Source of the DNA: Octopus vulgaris | Lineage: Eukaryota | DNA: 64,000 nucleotides | Direction of reading: 5' to 3' | Assembly: GCA_951406725.2 (NCBI GenBank) | Contig: OX597838.1 | Span: forward strand, 12,028,001-12,092,000 | Notes under the pieces: generated by a model | The model's database searches: none | The model's input: the letters and a program-made list of their open reading frames with translations, nothing else | What the model was told of the DNA's origin: nothing | Shown here: piece after piece, positions 28,455-43,329 of the stretch | Numbering within the stretch: position 1 is the stretch's first letter | Layout: each line of letters begins with the position of its first letter | Translations under genes and position numbers: made by a program

Positions 28455-28913
28455 TGATATATCTAAATGGACGAATAAGCTAACTCAAAACAGAAGACTA
28501 ACACAACAGCGAATTATTGCTGTATTTATCTTCTCCTCTGTTCTAACGGCTAATAATAGCAAAGGTCCTCTCCCGTGTTTAGCACAATCTGTTATGCTTA
28601 AAAACGCTACTTACGAATCTCATACTACTTCAGTGACTAAATACCTTCTCCAAAATCTTCAAATATAAATGGATGCGAAGAAGCAATCTTCTTTAAAACT
28701 AGATAAACTCTGGCAGATTAGCTGCCAAACATATAAAGACGATTTATAAACGACATATTGGTAAAAAAGAATAAAGCATAAATTTTACTAAGCATATTCA
28801 AATACATCGAAAATATTGAAAGAGGCAAAAAAAGAATTGAAAATAGCTTGCAAACATTCTTGGGTTCAAATTCAGGCACAAGTCCAACATAGCTAACATT
28901 ATTAAAAATAAGT

Positions 28914-29124
28914 TTAACCCTTTAGTATTTAAACCAGCCATATCTGGCCAAAATAGTTAATCTGTTTTATGTTCAAACTGATCAAATCCAGGCTCTCACA
29001 CTTACCCTACATTAGGTAATTACACCATCGAGATCTCGAAGATATGAGATAATGCATGATTAATTCAAATCAATGTGAATCAATAAGCATTATGTTTGAT
29101 AGAATAATCTGAACACTAAAGTGG
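28914..29124. mobile_element. Possible TTAA-type (piggyBac-like) MITE
   Basis: Left end ttaa-ccctttagt and degenerate right end actaaagtgg. Confidence 0.35.
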
Positions 29125-29320
29125 CAAGGTGGCAGAATCGTTACCTTGCCGCCTGCAGCATTTTGTCAGTCTTCACATTCTGAGTTCAAATTCCGACAAA
29201 GTCGACTTTGCCTTTCATCCTTTCGGAGTCGATAAAATAACCACCAGTTGAGCCCCGGGGTCGATGCAATCGATTAGACCCCTACCCCGAACCTGCTGGC
29301 CCTGTATCAAATTATAAAAC
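29123..29320 (+). mobile_element. Older SINE family A-prime
   Basis: gagttcaaattcc..gtcgactttgcctttcatcctttcgg with an alternative tail. Confidence 0.75.
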
Positions 29321-29622
29321 TATTATTAAAATTAAGTTGAATGTAGTGGATTGGCGGAATCGTTAGAGAGTTGGAAAAGAAAATACCATTTATTCCCATT
29401 CTTCAGGTGCTGAGTTCAAAAACTAACCAGGTTCGTTCTATTTATCGTTATTCTCATTGTCTCTATTCCCTCATTGCTCCAAACCCATATTTACTTTATC
29501 ATCCGGCTGGTACACATCTAAAGCTGAGTAAATTGGAGCAACGTGAAGGAATTGAACTAACAACCTTACGAATGGGAGGAGAACACACATAACCTCTTGA
29601 CTACTCACTTTATCTCAATATA

Positions 29623-30032
29623 CGCAGGAGTGGCTGTGTGGTAAGTAGCTTGTTTACCAACCACATAGTTCCGGGTTCAGTTCCACTGCGTGGCACATTG
29701 GGCGAGTGTCTTCTACTATAGCCTCGGGCCGACCAAAGCCTTGTGAGTGGATTTGATAGACGGAAACTGAAAGAAGCCCGTCGTATATATGTATATATAT
29801 GTATGTATGTATGTGTTTGTGTGTCTGTGTTTGTCCCCCTAGCATTGCTTGACGACCGATGCTGGTGTATTTATGTTCCCGTTACTTAGCGGTTCGGCAA
29901 AAGAGACCGATAGAATAAGTACTGGGCTTACAAAAGAATAAGTCCCGGGGTCGAGTTGTTCGATTAAAGGCGGTGCTCCAGCATGGCCGCAGTCAAATGA
30001 CTGAAACAAGTAAAAGAGTAAAGAGTAAGAGT
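29623..30032 (+). mobile_element. Full-length tRNA-derived SINE family B (~410 bp)
   Basis: A box tggctgtgtgg, B-box-like ggttcagttcc, an internal TA/TG tract and an (aaagagt)n tail. Confidence 0.9.
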
Positions 30033-30042
30033 ATACACATAC

Positions 30043-30497
30043 TGGTTTCGAATTTTGGCACAAGGTCAGCAATTTTGGGGAAGCGGTAAGCGGAACGGTA
30101 TCGACGCCCGTGTTTAACTGGTATTTATTTTATCGATCCGGAAAGGACGAAAGGCAAAGTCGATCGGTGAAATTTGAACTCAGAACGTAAAGTAGGACGA
30201 AATACCTATTTCTGTACTACCCACAAGGGGCTAAACGCAGAGAGGACAAACAAGGACAGACAAACGGATTATGTCGATTATATCGACCCCAGTGCGTAAC
30301 TGGTACTTATTTAATCGACCCCGAAAGGATGAAAGGCAAGGTCGACCACGGCGGAATTTGAACTCAGAATGTGAAGACAGACGAAATACCGCTAAGCATT
30401 CCGTCCGGCGTGCTAACGATTCTGCCAGCTCGCCGCCTTAGGACGAAATACCGCTAAGCATTTAGCCCTGCGGCCCAACGATTCAGTTAGCTTGCTG
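30043..30497 (-). mobile_element. Family A SINE (30207-30438) nested in an older A-prime SINE
   Basis: 14-bp TSD taggacgaaatacc at 30193-30206 and 30439-30452. Confidence 0.85.
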
Positions 30498-30965
30498 CTG
30501 GTACTAATATCGCTAAATCAATATTAATCAAGATAATTTTGCTGTCAGTTTTTGTATCTCACGGAACTCACATAAATCACATTTCAACGAAAAGGAGGGA
30601 GAAAGAGAAAAAAAATTACAAACGAAGATAAATTGTCGATTTATTATACTTTTTAAATACAACCATATTTCAACTTACGTCGTTAACTAGTTCCAAGATA
30701 TGCGATTTAACGACCTAACTCGAAAACCGAAGTCACATGAAAAACGTTTTAAAAAATTTATTAGCTTATATATGTTTCAATAAATGGTATTTTTGCATAT
30801 TTTCACATGTATTTTATTTGACATTCCACTTCAGAATTGGATTTTTTTGTGTTCTTATTTTAAAGCTTTTTGTTTTTATATATCTTCACTGAGACTGACG
30901 TAAAGTTGGATAAATCGACTGAAGTTATGACTTTTGTCCATTTATTTTTGTTTATTAAAAGTGGA

Positions 30966-31158
30966 TGGAAGCATTCCGTCGGTTACGACGACGAGGGTTC
31001 CGGTTGATCCGAATCAACGGAACAGCCTGCTCGTGAAATTAACGTGTAAGTGGCTGAGCACTCCACAAACACGTGTACCCTTAACGTAGTTCTCGGGGAT
31101 ATTCAGCGTGACACAGAGAGTGACAAGGCTGGCCCTTTTGAAATACAGGTACAACAGA
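30966..31158 (-). mobile_element. SINE family C 3' half
   Basis: Matches 45201-45395. Confidence 0.85.
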
Positions 31159-31669
31159 GCGTTTTTTGTTCTGTAAGAAGAAATTATTAATGAGGGAGTC
31201 TTGGTTGGGGCAATGAGGGAGTGGATATACATGGATGATAATAAGAGGGGGAGGGCTTGAGTTGAGATAGGGTATAGGACGAAAATAGTGGAGAAAGGAT
31301 TTCATATCTGAAGTTTCGTGTTCATTTGTCGGGATGGCAGTGGAGATGATCCAGGTGTTTTGCATAGGTAGCTTTAGTCCGGTGGTGAGAATGTTCTGAT
31401 GACAAGTGACGTAAAGATGCGAAAGGGCCTTCTTAAAGAGTTAGAGACTTTATTTATGATATCTTTCATCAAGTATCTGTCCTAGAGAAAGACAGAATGG
31501 ACTGTACAAAACAGGAGGAGACACGTGCATACGGATGCAGCACGAAGTTTTGTCAGTGAACAGGTTGCGGTCTCAAAGCGACGAAAATATTTTGAGAGAT
31601 TAAATTGAAATGTTGAAGTGAATCTAACGGTTTTCTATTTCTCTCCCTCTTTCGCTCTCCCTCTCTCCC

Positions 31670-32825
31670 TATACATGCATTCATACATACATACATACAC
31701 ACATACATACATACATACATACATACATACATACATACATACATACATACATACATACATTCATACATACATACATACATACATACATTCATACATACAT
31801 ACATACACACATACATACATACACACATTCATACATACATACATACATACATACATACATACATTCATACATTCATACATACATTCATACTTACATTCAT
31901 TCATACATACATTCATACATTCATACATACATACATACATACATTCATACATACATACATTCATACATACATACATACATACATACATACATACATTCAT
32001 ACATACATACATACATACATACATACATACATACATTCATACATACATACATACATACATACACACATACATACACATATACCTACATACATACATACAC
32101 ACATACATACATACATACATACATACATACATTCATTCATACATACATACATACATACATACATACACACATACATACACATATACCTACATACATACAT
32201 ACACACATACATACATACATTCATACATACATACATACATACATACATTCATACATACATACATACATTCATACATACATACATACATTCATACATACAT
32301 CCACACATACATTCACACATATATACATTCATACATACATTCATACATACATTCATACATACATACATTCATACATACATACATACATACATACATACAT
32401 ACATACATTCATACATACACTCATACATACATACATACATACATACATTCATACATACATCCATACATACATTCACACATATATACATTAATACATTCAT
32501 ACATACATACATACATACATTCATACATACATACATACATACATACATACATACACACATACATACACATATACCTACATACATACATACACACACACAT
32601 ACATACATACATACATACATACATACATACATACATTCATACATACATACATACATTCATACATACATACATACATACATACATACATACATTCATACAT
32701 ACATACATACATACATTCATACATACATGCATACATACATACATACATACATTCATACATACATTCATACATACATACATACATTCATACATACATACAT
32801 ACATACATACATACATACATACATT
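31670..32825. repeat. 1.15-kb (ACAT)n/(TCAT) tetranucleotide array
   Basis: Seen directly, with internal higher-order variants. Confidence 0.95.
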
Positions 32826-33291
32826 AACTAACTGCTCATCTGTGCATCCATATATCACCCTCATCTATGAATATTTAATCTGCAACGAGTAAAAGGGAGA
32901 TTATTCAAGACAAATGCAGATTGCATGCTTCGATAAAAAACTCGAGATTTGGGTTTTTAAAAGTAATTTCTATTCTAGGCTACCATAATCACAAATTTAA
33001 TCTGTAACCATTGAAAATCTCTAGTATTCGGAAACGCTTCATTCACGTGATGTATTCAGAAACGCTTTATTCGGTAAGTGGAAGCCTAGAAAGTAACAAT
33101 ATGGAAGATATTTTCTAAAGTTTAACTAACAGGAAAGGGTTCTTAACAAGTTGTTTTTCAACATTTAGTGAATGAATAAAAGATAAACTTGTTCATTTAT
33201 TTGGAAATTACCGAAAACTTCACTGGAAAACTCGTGCGCAGAAGCACATACACGCACACACCAAATAACACACATACACAGACAGACACAG

Positions 33292-33339
<48 letters not shown>

Positions 33340-34111
33340 AACAGCACCAAATATATGAAGCAAATAAACTGAAATACAACAATTTACTTTATGGTTGCCT
33401 TCAACTTGTATAGAGTCGTCTTTTGATTTCTCGTTTCTTCGATCTTTCATTCAAGAAGCATCCTGTGTATGTATGTTTGTATGCAACTACGTGCGTATGT
33501 ATGTTTGTGTGTTTGTATGCATATATCACTATATATAAGTATATATGTTTTGTATGTGTGTATGTATGTATGTATGTATGTATGTATGTATGTATGTATG
33601 TGTGGATGCATGTATGTATGTATGTATGTATGTATGCGTATATGTATGTTTGTATGCATGTATCACTATATATAAATATATATGTTTTGTATGTATGTAT
33701 GTAGGTATGTGTGCATGCATGTATGCATGTATGTATGTTTGTATGTATGTATCACTATATATAAGTATATATGTTTTGTATGGTTTGTATGTATGTATGT
33801 TTATATGTATGTATGTGTGTACGTATGCATGTATGTTTGAACGTTTGCATGTGTAAATCTAAATGTATGCCTAAATGTTTATGAGTCAATGAAGGCCGAG
33901 TAAAATTTGAGGATGGATTTCGAACCTTTCCTTTTCAAGACAAATTGCAAGGAACCTCGCGTGCTGAGCAGCGGAAAACAAAGAAAGCCAAAAGGAACTT
34001 TGTTAAAAAAAAGTGCAGCCGCACAGCCATGCTGTCACTACGCCATACAGTTGTCGCCAACGCACACACTCATCTGCACACGTACATACATACACAGATG
34101 TGTGTGTATGC

Positions 34112-34146
<35 letters not shown>

Positions 34147-34185
34147 CGTGTGTGTGTTTGCATGTGGTGATATGAAAATAATGAC

Positions 34186-34760
34186 TGGGGGTGACAACGA
34201 TGAATGAGGATGACTATGACGACGACGCCGATGATGATGATGATGATGATGAGGAGGAGGAGGAGGAGGAGGAGGAGGAGGATGGTGACAACGATGACGA
34301 CGACGACGATTATGTTCTGCAAGAGGATAATAATGATGGTGTTGGGGGGGGGTGCCGGTGGGGTGACAAAGATGAATGAAGATGTCTATGACGACGACAC
34401 CGATGATGATGATGATGATGATGATGCTGCTGACGACGACGACGACGACGATGATGCCGACAACGACGACGACGAGGAGGAGGAGGAGGAGGAGGATGGT
34501 GACAACGATGACGACGACGACGATTATGTTCTGCAAGAGGATAATAATGATGGTGTTGGGGAGGGGGGGGTGCCGGTGGGGTGACAAAGATGAATGAAGA
34601 TGTCTATGACGACGACACCGATGATGATGATGATGATGATGATGACGACGACGACGACGATGATGCCGACAACGACGACGACGAGGAGGAGGAGGAGGAG
34701 GAGGAGGATGGTGACAACGATGACGACGACGGTTATGTTGTGCAAGAGGATAATAATGAC
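34186..34760 (+). repeat. Three-unit composite minisatellite (~170-220-bp units)
   Basis: Units start near 34188, 34360 and 34577. Constant spacers flank variable (GAT)n/(GAC)n/(GAG)n tracts. Confidence 0.9.
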
Positions 34761-34928
34761 AGGGACCTATAAAGTTGTGCCTAAGGGGAAAAAAATCAAT
34801 GAATTTGTGGCAGATCTATCGATTATGAATGAAATCAGTTATTTTTTCATTATTGCAATTAGCTGGTTATTAAACGCGTTACGTACACACTAACCTAAAT
34901 GTATGCACATATACATATACGCATATAC

Positions 34929-34959
<31 letters not shown>

Positions 34960-35079
34960 CACACACACATACATATATGCACATCCACACACAGATATAT
35001 ACATGCACACAATTGTATATGCTGATATATGCAACTGTGTATGTGTGTGAAGGTGTATATACATACACACATATGGTGT

Positions 35080-35112
<33 letters not shown>

Positions 35113-35116
<4 letters not shown>

Positions 35117-35253
35117 GCAAGAGTGATTGTGTGGTAAGTAGCTTGCTTACACACAACATGGTTCTGGGTTCAGTCCCAACGAGCAAGTGTCTTCTGCCGA
35201 CCAAAGCCTTGTGAGTAGATTTGGTAGACGGAAACTGAAAGAAGCCCCTCGTA

Positions 35254-35335
<82 letters not shown>

Positions 35336-35526
35336 TGTTTGTCACCCAGAATTGCTTGACAACCGATGCTGGTGTGTTTACGTCCCCGTCACTTAGCGGT
35401 TCGGCAAAAAGAGACCGATAGAATAGGTACTGGGCTTACAAAAACTAAGTCCCGGGGTCGATTTGCTCGACTAAAGGCATCGCTTCAGCATGGCCGCAGT
35501 CAAATGACTGAAACACGTAAAAGAGT
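35113..35526 (+). mobile_element. SINE family B
   Basis: Matches 29623-30032 with a small head deletion. Confidence 0.85.
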
Positions 35527-35729
35527 ATATATATATATATATAATGTACGTGTTACTTTTATATATGTACCTCATGTATCTATATATACATGCATATTCA
35601 TAAATATACATATTTATGTACATCCATATACACACGCACACATATTTGCATATACTCACACATATGTTTTGATGATCATGAAGTACAATACACACATATA
35701 TGTTCGTGTATAATATGTGTATGCGAGTG

Positions 35730-35766
<37 letters not shown>

Positions 35767-36159
35767 GTGTGTATATATAAGTCTATTAGACCTTATATCC
35801 CTGACGCTCTTCCATGCCAACTTAGCGTATATAGCAAAATAATCACTACAAACCATGTCAAGGTTTGTTCTCTCAGCGTCACCTTCGTCACGCTGGTTAA
35901 AAGACTCGTTACAACCACGGCATCATTTAGCCGTAATTAGGTGTTGGACTTCTTCATGGGCGCGGACATGGTTCTGTGGTTAAGAAGTTCTTTTTGTCAG
36001 CCACGTGATTCCTGATTCCATCCCAGTCTTCGGTATATCAAGCAAGTGAATATTACTATAAGCCTCGGTTTGACTAATTGCTTACCAGGGAATTTTGATC
36101 GTTAGCATAAACTGTGCAGAGGACATCGTGCAAATACATACATACATACATACATACAT

Positions 36160-36708
36160 GGTAGCTGATCCCTCGTTATCGAGTATGGCCATTACACGAA
36201 GCTTAATCAATGTTGTTATCGTGCAATGCATGTGCAAGAAGATTTTTTTTAAAGTGAGGAAAGGCTGTGCACTGAGTCAATTCCACTCACTAAGCAACAG
36301 CAGCCATAATCCGAAAAGAAGAAGTCAACATCATCGGTAACCACTGAGCCGCAGGTTTTATGTCAGAGTTATCCCAGTTACCTGAGTTACCTTCTCCTAG
36401 AAGGATGCCCTAACAAAGGCTAGGAGTCCTTCACTCCCAATGGTTTAACCGCGCGATCGGGTATTCAGTCCGATTATTTCTATGTCCCCGCGCATGATAC
36501 AGCCTTAAGACATTTATTGGATGGCCGTTGACTCTCAAGAGTTCCTCCGCCCTTTGACGGGTTTTGTTTTTCATCCTGCAGGGTTTCCAATAAACACCCT
36601 CCTCACCAAGCAAGCTTGGTGGGGTTGCCGGTTTAGTCGCCGACGACCCGACCATGCAACAGGTTCTACTGGGTTACATGTTACTAGTACCACTCGAAAG
36701 TGACCTGA
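36160..36708 (-). mobile_element. Probable non-autonomous RTE-derived element inserted in (ACAT)n
   Basis: GC-balanced island bounded by ACAT repeats. Its ends resemble an RTE 5' UTR (ggtcgtcggcgactaaaccggcaacccc) and an RTE 3' end. The assignment is from recall. Confidence 0.4.
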
Positions 36709-37536
36709 CATACATACATACATATATATATAAAAGTTGCTTCAAAAACATGATTTCGTCGTGAGAAATTCCTGTCAGTTTTCTAAAATTACAGGCAAAA
36801 CCTCCAAAAACAATGGACGAAAAGTACGTCAATGAGACGACGTCTTTCTTTTTCGGTGTCGGTCGGAGTCGTCTATGAGCGCCATATTGAAAACATATCC
36901 TGCTCTGCCACCCTCGTCTTCATTGCCCTCATTACCTTTTTTACAACCACCACCACCACCAACCCTATCACCACCACTACCACCACCACCACCACCACTA
37001 CTACCACTACCACCACTAACTAATCATCAAATACGACAGCCACCACCGGCATCCTAACCACTTCTACCACACCTAGCTCATAACGATCATCATCATCATC
37101 ATCATTAACAACAACATCAACAGCAACAAAAATAGCAACAGCAACCGTCACAACCACCACACCAACATCATCGTTATCACCATCGCCACCGCCACCACCA
37201 CACCACCACCACCCGCTTACCATCCTCACCAACAACCATCACGGTGCACCTCTACCACCCCCACCCCTACCACCACCACCATCGTCATCATGACATCGGT
37301 GATTATAGCCATCATCAACAGTCATCAGTCATTAACCTCGCGCTACAACCACACCCCAGTTGCACGACTCTAATCAAATCAACACCGGCACTCACACACA
37401 CACACACACACGCACACACACACAAACACACGTGAACACACTAACAAGTTTACACAAATATACACACACACAAATACAAACACACAGAAGTTGCAAACCT
37501 ATAATATTACTGATTGAAATCCAGACGTACGATAGT

Positions 37537-37835
<299 letters not shown>

Positions 37836-37924
37836 GGAGGGAAAAAGTGAAACACACACTCACACACACACATTTATGGGTGTATATATATATACACGTA
37901 CATAAAAATATACATAAGTCAAGA

Positions 37925-38481
37925 TGCATATCTGAGTGGTTGAGGTATTCGTTTCACAACTGTAAGGTCGTGAGTTCGATTTCTGGCGGTACGTTGTGTC
38001 CTTGAGCAAGACACTTTATTACTCGTTGCTCCAGTGCACTTAGCTTGTAAAAATGTCTTGTACATGTAATTCAAAGGCCCAGCCTTGTCACGGTCTGTGC
38101 CAGGCTGAATCTCCCTGAGAACTACGTTAAAGGTACGTGTGTCTGCGGCGAGCTGGCAGAAGCGTTAGCACACCGGGCGAAATGCGTAGCCGTATTTCGT
38201 CTGCCGTTACGTTCTGAGTTCAAATTCCGCAGAGGTCGACTTTGCCTTTCATCCTTTCGGGGGTCGATTATATAAGTACCAGTTAACCACTGGGTCGATG
38301 TAATCGACTTAATCCGTGTGTCTGTTCTTGCTTGTCCCCTCTATGTTTAGGCCCTTGTGGGTAATAAAGAAACAAGTACGTGTGTCTGGGGAATGCTCAG
38401 CCACTTGCATGTTAATTTCACAAGCAAGCTGTTCCATTGATCGGATCAACTAAAGCAGTTGTCGTGAGCGTCGGAGTGCCA
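37925..38481 (+). mobile_element. Older SINE with a CORE-like domain and family C tail, interrupted by family A
   Basis: B box gagttcgattt and CORE-like gtgtccttgagcaagacacttt. The tail gagaactacgttaa..gctcagccactt..ggagtgcca matches family C. Confidence 0.75.
38146..38375 (+). mobile_element. SINE family A
   Basis: 13-bp TSD gtacgtgtgtctg at 38133-38145 and 38376-38388. Confidence 0.9.
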
Positions 38482-38524
38482 AGTTTTTTATTACATTTTT
38501 ACACGTACACACACACACAGCAGA

Positions 38525-38699
38525 GGAGCAGTAGTGGTTGTGTGGTAAGAAACTTACTTCCCCACTTCATGGTTCCGGGTTCAATCCTGCTGCGCGGCAC
38601 CTTGACTAGGTTGGCCAGGTGTCTTCTACTATAGCCTCGGGCCACCCAAAGTCTTGTGAGTGGATTTGGTAAACGAAAACTGAAAGAAACCCATCACGC

Positions 38700-38762
<63 letters not shown>

Positions 38763-38947
38763 TGTCTGTATTTGACATCCCACCATTAGTTGACAACCGA
38801 GGCTGGTGTGTTTACGTCCCTGTAATTTAACGGTTTGGCAAAAGAGACCGATAGAATAAGTACTAGGCTTACAAAGAATAAGCCCTGGGATCGATTTGTT
38901 CAGGTAAAGGCTCCAGTTAAAGGAATGATAAAAGTAAGAATACAAGA
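38525..38947 (+). mobile_element. SINE family B
   Basis: Matches 29623-30032, with an internal (TA)n(GA)n tract. Confidence 0.8.
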
Positions 38948-39226
38948 ATAAACGAATACATAAATATGTATGACTATGCATATATATATCACGTGATCAC
39001 GTAAACGACCAGGCTATCACATGTTGCTGCACATCGCTGGTTACAATGCGCTTCGCATTGTTTTAGCCTTCAAATGACGCCACCCCGCTGGCTAAGAGTG
39101 AGAGAAAGTTGAGGTCGCACCGATACAGTCGTCAATATAACGACCGTATAGCTCGGGAGTGGGACCAGTGTTGCCGTTTTACAAATGGCAATCGCAAAAA
39201 CCCACCAAAGCCACCACCACACCAAT

Positions 39227-39460
39227 ACCTATTTCTTTACTACCCACAAGGGTCTAAACACAGAGGGGACAAACAAGGACAGACATAGGCATTAAGTCGA
39301 TTACATCGACCCCAGTGCGTAACTGGTGCTTATTTAATCGACCCCGAAAGGATGAAAGGCAAAGTCGACCTCGGCGGAATTTGAACTCAGAACGTAACGA
39401 CAGACGAAATACCGCAAAGCATTTCGCCCGGCGTGCTAACGTTTCTGCCAGCTCGCTGCC
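39227..39460 (-). mobile_element. SINE family A
   Basis: Sequence match, with flanking ccaatacc repeated at 39222-39229 and 39459-39466. Confidence 0.9.
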
Positions 39461-39823
39461 AATACCATCATCGCCGCCCCCAACGCTTCCATGCCATCTG
39501 CCACTAAGCTACACTGAATCTTATTCCCGACATCTACCTTTTGTATATCTATTTACTTACCTCCCCACAAAAAATCTACAAGTAATAACGTACAACTATC
39601 AGAATCCACCTACTACGCCTACAATAAAATTAGCAGCATCCCCATCATTACCAAAACGACCCACCACCAACATTCACCACTTTCCACCTCACCTCATTTC
39701 GAAATAACGCCGTTCTTCACTTAAAATGAACAACGGAAACCAAAATGTTTCGAAACAATGGCGCCGTAAAATCACAGGGAACATTTTCTTTTATTCGCGC
39801 CATTTTTTAAAACACTCGAGGGA

Positions 39824-39880
<57 letters not shown>

Positions 39881-39889
39881 TACATACAT

Positions 39890-39921
<32 letters not shown>

Positions 39922-40000
39922 GTATATATATAGAGAGAGATGTACTTCCCTAGCAAGTGTGTTTCTTAAATGGCTTACAAACACCTTCCATGCTGCAATT

Positions 40001-40046
<46 letters not shown>

Positions 40047-40059
40047 ATGTATGTATATA

Positions 40060-40142
<83 letters not shown>

Positions 40143-40187
40143 GTATGTATATATATTTATATATATGTATATATATTTATATATGTG

Positions 40188-40244
<57 letters not shown>

Positions 40245-40766
40245 CAAATAAATTTAAATAATTTGAAAGTAACAAGAAACATTTATCAAAAAATGAAATC
40301 AAAGGGAACCTAAAAGAATAAAATGAAAAACACAATTACAATTAAAAGCGACCGAACCATTGTTCTGTTGTAACTTTTAAGATTGAACTCGGCTCGTTTC
40401 ATAGGTTTTTTTTTGCATCGCAAATATCATATTTGGTAGTCATTCATATATGTTTGGTTGATCTCTTTGCTGAAATCTTTCTTTTCGTATGTTTGTGTAG
40501 GTGTTTGTGTAAGTGCGTGTGACTACACGTGTATATGATTGCAAGTGTGTGTGACTATGTGTAAAAGGTGTATGCATATATGTCTTCGCATGTGTGTGTT
40601 TGTATACGTATGTGCTTGAGTGTGTTAGCATGTGGGTGTGTTTGTGTGCGTTTCTCTATGTGTTTGTGTGTGTGTGTGTGTGTGTGTATATCTGTGTGCT
40701 TGAGTGTGTTAGCGTGTGGGTGTGTTTGTGTGCGTTTCTCTATCTGTTTGTGTGTGTGTGTTTATA

Positions 40767-40814
<48 letters not shown>

Positions 40815-41019
40815 CGGTGTCTGTGTTTGTGTGTGAAGGTAGTAGAAACGTGGATGACTCTGCTGCTGCTGTTGGCGGTGGAGGTGGAGGTGATGCGCAG
40901 TAGTGAAGGCCACGTGACACAATTTCGGAGACATTTGACTTCCAATCAGTAACAAATCAATTTACGTCCCTCCCACTAATCCATCGCAGGATCTAAGGAT
41001 ATATACTATATAATTTACA

Positions 41020-41056
<37 letters not shown>

Positions 41057-41101
41057 AGCAAGCGTATACACACAAACGTCTATACATGTATATCTGCCTA
41101 T

Positions 41102-41154
<53 letters not shown>

Positions 41155-41239
41155 ATATATATATATATATATATATATCACCACCTACACCACCAAACGG
41201 TATACACAGGTGCTTATAATTATCAAGTACTCACCCCGA

Positions 41240-41335
<96 letters not shown>

Positions 41336-41464
41336 CTATATGCATACATATATAGCAATCAGGCAACCTAACAACAAATTTGTGTGAATACGTTTCAGAG
41401 AATGTAGACTTGTGTGTGTAAGTGTGTGTGTAAGAGTGTGTGTGTGTGTGTGTGTTTGTTTGTT

Positions 41465-41495
<31 letters not shown>

Positions 41496-41671
41496 ATGTG
41501 TGTAAAACTACCTGCGTCTGTGTTTGTATGAGAACCTGTGCCTGCAGGCGTCAGTGTAGACGTGTCACAATATGTCCCTGTATTTATACATACATGCATA
41601 TGTATATGTGTATATATATATATGTGTGTGTATATATATTATACGTATGTATGTACATATATATTTATATA

Positions 41672-41731
<60 letters not shown>

Positions 41732-42355
41732 ATGCATGTATGTGTATATATATGTATGCATGTATATTTGTATATATATATGTATATGTATATACACACA
41801 AACACGAATGTATATGTACATTTGTATGCATATTAGTACGTATTCACTCAGATAGAAGCGCGCGCGCGCACTAGCACAAATGTCTTGTATTCAATTAAGA
41901 AATTCTGACGCCCTCCAAAAGAAAAAAAAAAAAGTAACTAAAACAAATGAAAATAAAATACGATAAAAGAAAATTATAAGAATATGTGTTAAAAGGCAAG
42001 AAAAAGAAGGGCTTGGACAACCAGCAGCACAGATACAACCAGCATCGCTTCCACCAATCTCGTCGTTGTCATGATTATTATATCCTTCACCATATTCTTC
42101 GTGTTTATCAGTATTATTAACACCTCCACTACCAGCACCATCATCATTATCACCATCATTGCAATCATCATCATCATAACCGTCATCAGAATCGTCTTGG
42201 CCGTCATAGTCGTCGTTGTCGTTATTGGCAACATTCTAAACCTTGGAGAGAATACAGAAAAAAAAAAAGACTCACAGACTATCCCCAAACAATGCCCTTT
42301 ATCAACAAGAAGTAAAAGAACTATTTAAAGCAACAGGAGGTTCGGGGACACGCGT

Positions 42356-42444
<89 letters not shown>

Positions 42445-42457
42445 CATTTGCCATTTG

Positions 42458-42531
<74 letters not shown>

Positions 42532-42601
42532 AGTCTGTCTGTCTGTCTGTGTATCTTTCTTTCTATCTATCTATCTATTTATCTATCTATCTCTATATAT
42601 A

Positions 42602-43175
42602 TACGAAGTTTGATCTATAAGTATCCAGACTCTTGGCAAAGATTTATTCTGACCACTGCTGTGCATGCGCACTAAGTTTCAACGTTCCAATTCACTTGCA
42701 TTGTTTACAGCACTGCTTGGAAGAAAGGTGTGTAGCGTGTGATCGTCGCATTGGCCATGACAAAGAAAGCTGTCATGGCGATACCTGCTCAGAGGCCTGT
42801 GCAGAAAGTGTATGGAGAGGAGTGTATGAGTCGCACACAAGTGTACGAGTGGTTCAGTCGTTTCGAAGATGGCCGAAAAAAATGTCGATATTGACAAACA
42901 TTCTGAGAGACCCACAACCAGCAGAACTGAGAAAAACATCGCAGATTTGAGTGCAGCTGTGAAGAGACATCGTCGAATCACCATCTGTGAGTTATCAGAG
43001 GATGTGCAGATTAGTTGCAGTCAAATTCATTCCATTTTCATCGAAGATTTGGGTATGAGACGCGTGTCAGCCAAGTTTTGCTAAAACTGCTTTCAGTTGA
43101 CCAAAAAGACACTCGGGTTTCAGTTGCACAAGATCTCCTTGGTTGTGTCGAGAACGATAAAAGATCTTTGAAAAC
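42602..43175 (+). mobile_element. Mariner-type transposon relic (5' end and N-terminal HTH region)
   Basis: QKVYGEECMSRTQVYEWFSRFEDGR..RPTTSRTEKNIADL..HRRITICELSEDVQIS..EDLGMRRVSAKF, broken by a frameshift and stops. Confidence 0.85.
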
Positions 43176-43329
43176 TTTGCGTAGACCTCTGATCAATGCT
43201 GTCGCAAACGGAGCCGTTACTTTTCCAAAGATCCTTTAAGAGATCTTTCTCGAAAAAATTGGTCCTGCTGTTTTTTTGTACGTTTTTTCAACAAAAATAC
43301 AGCTGTCGTCTGTTTACCATATATCTCAA

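Noticed and set aside
31160-31365. Possible PLE RT remnant (STAIPTNE..LINNFF)
   Set aside because: Similarity is too weak to call by eye and would need a profile-HMM search.
31392-31436. CTGATGA..GAAAgggccttc hammerhead look-alike
   Set aside because: Stems I and II do not pair.
31618-32892. 424-aa ORF, plus the many YI/HT/VC/LSIY/poly-residue ORFs
   Set aside because: They are translations of stop-free microsatellites with no protein complexity.
39740-39812. YY1-like aatggcg/cgccattt motifs suggesting a promoter
   Set aside because: These are short motifs with no supporting exon or transcript evidence.
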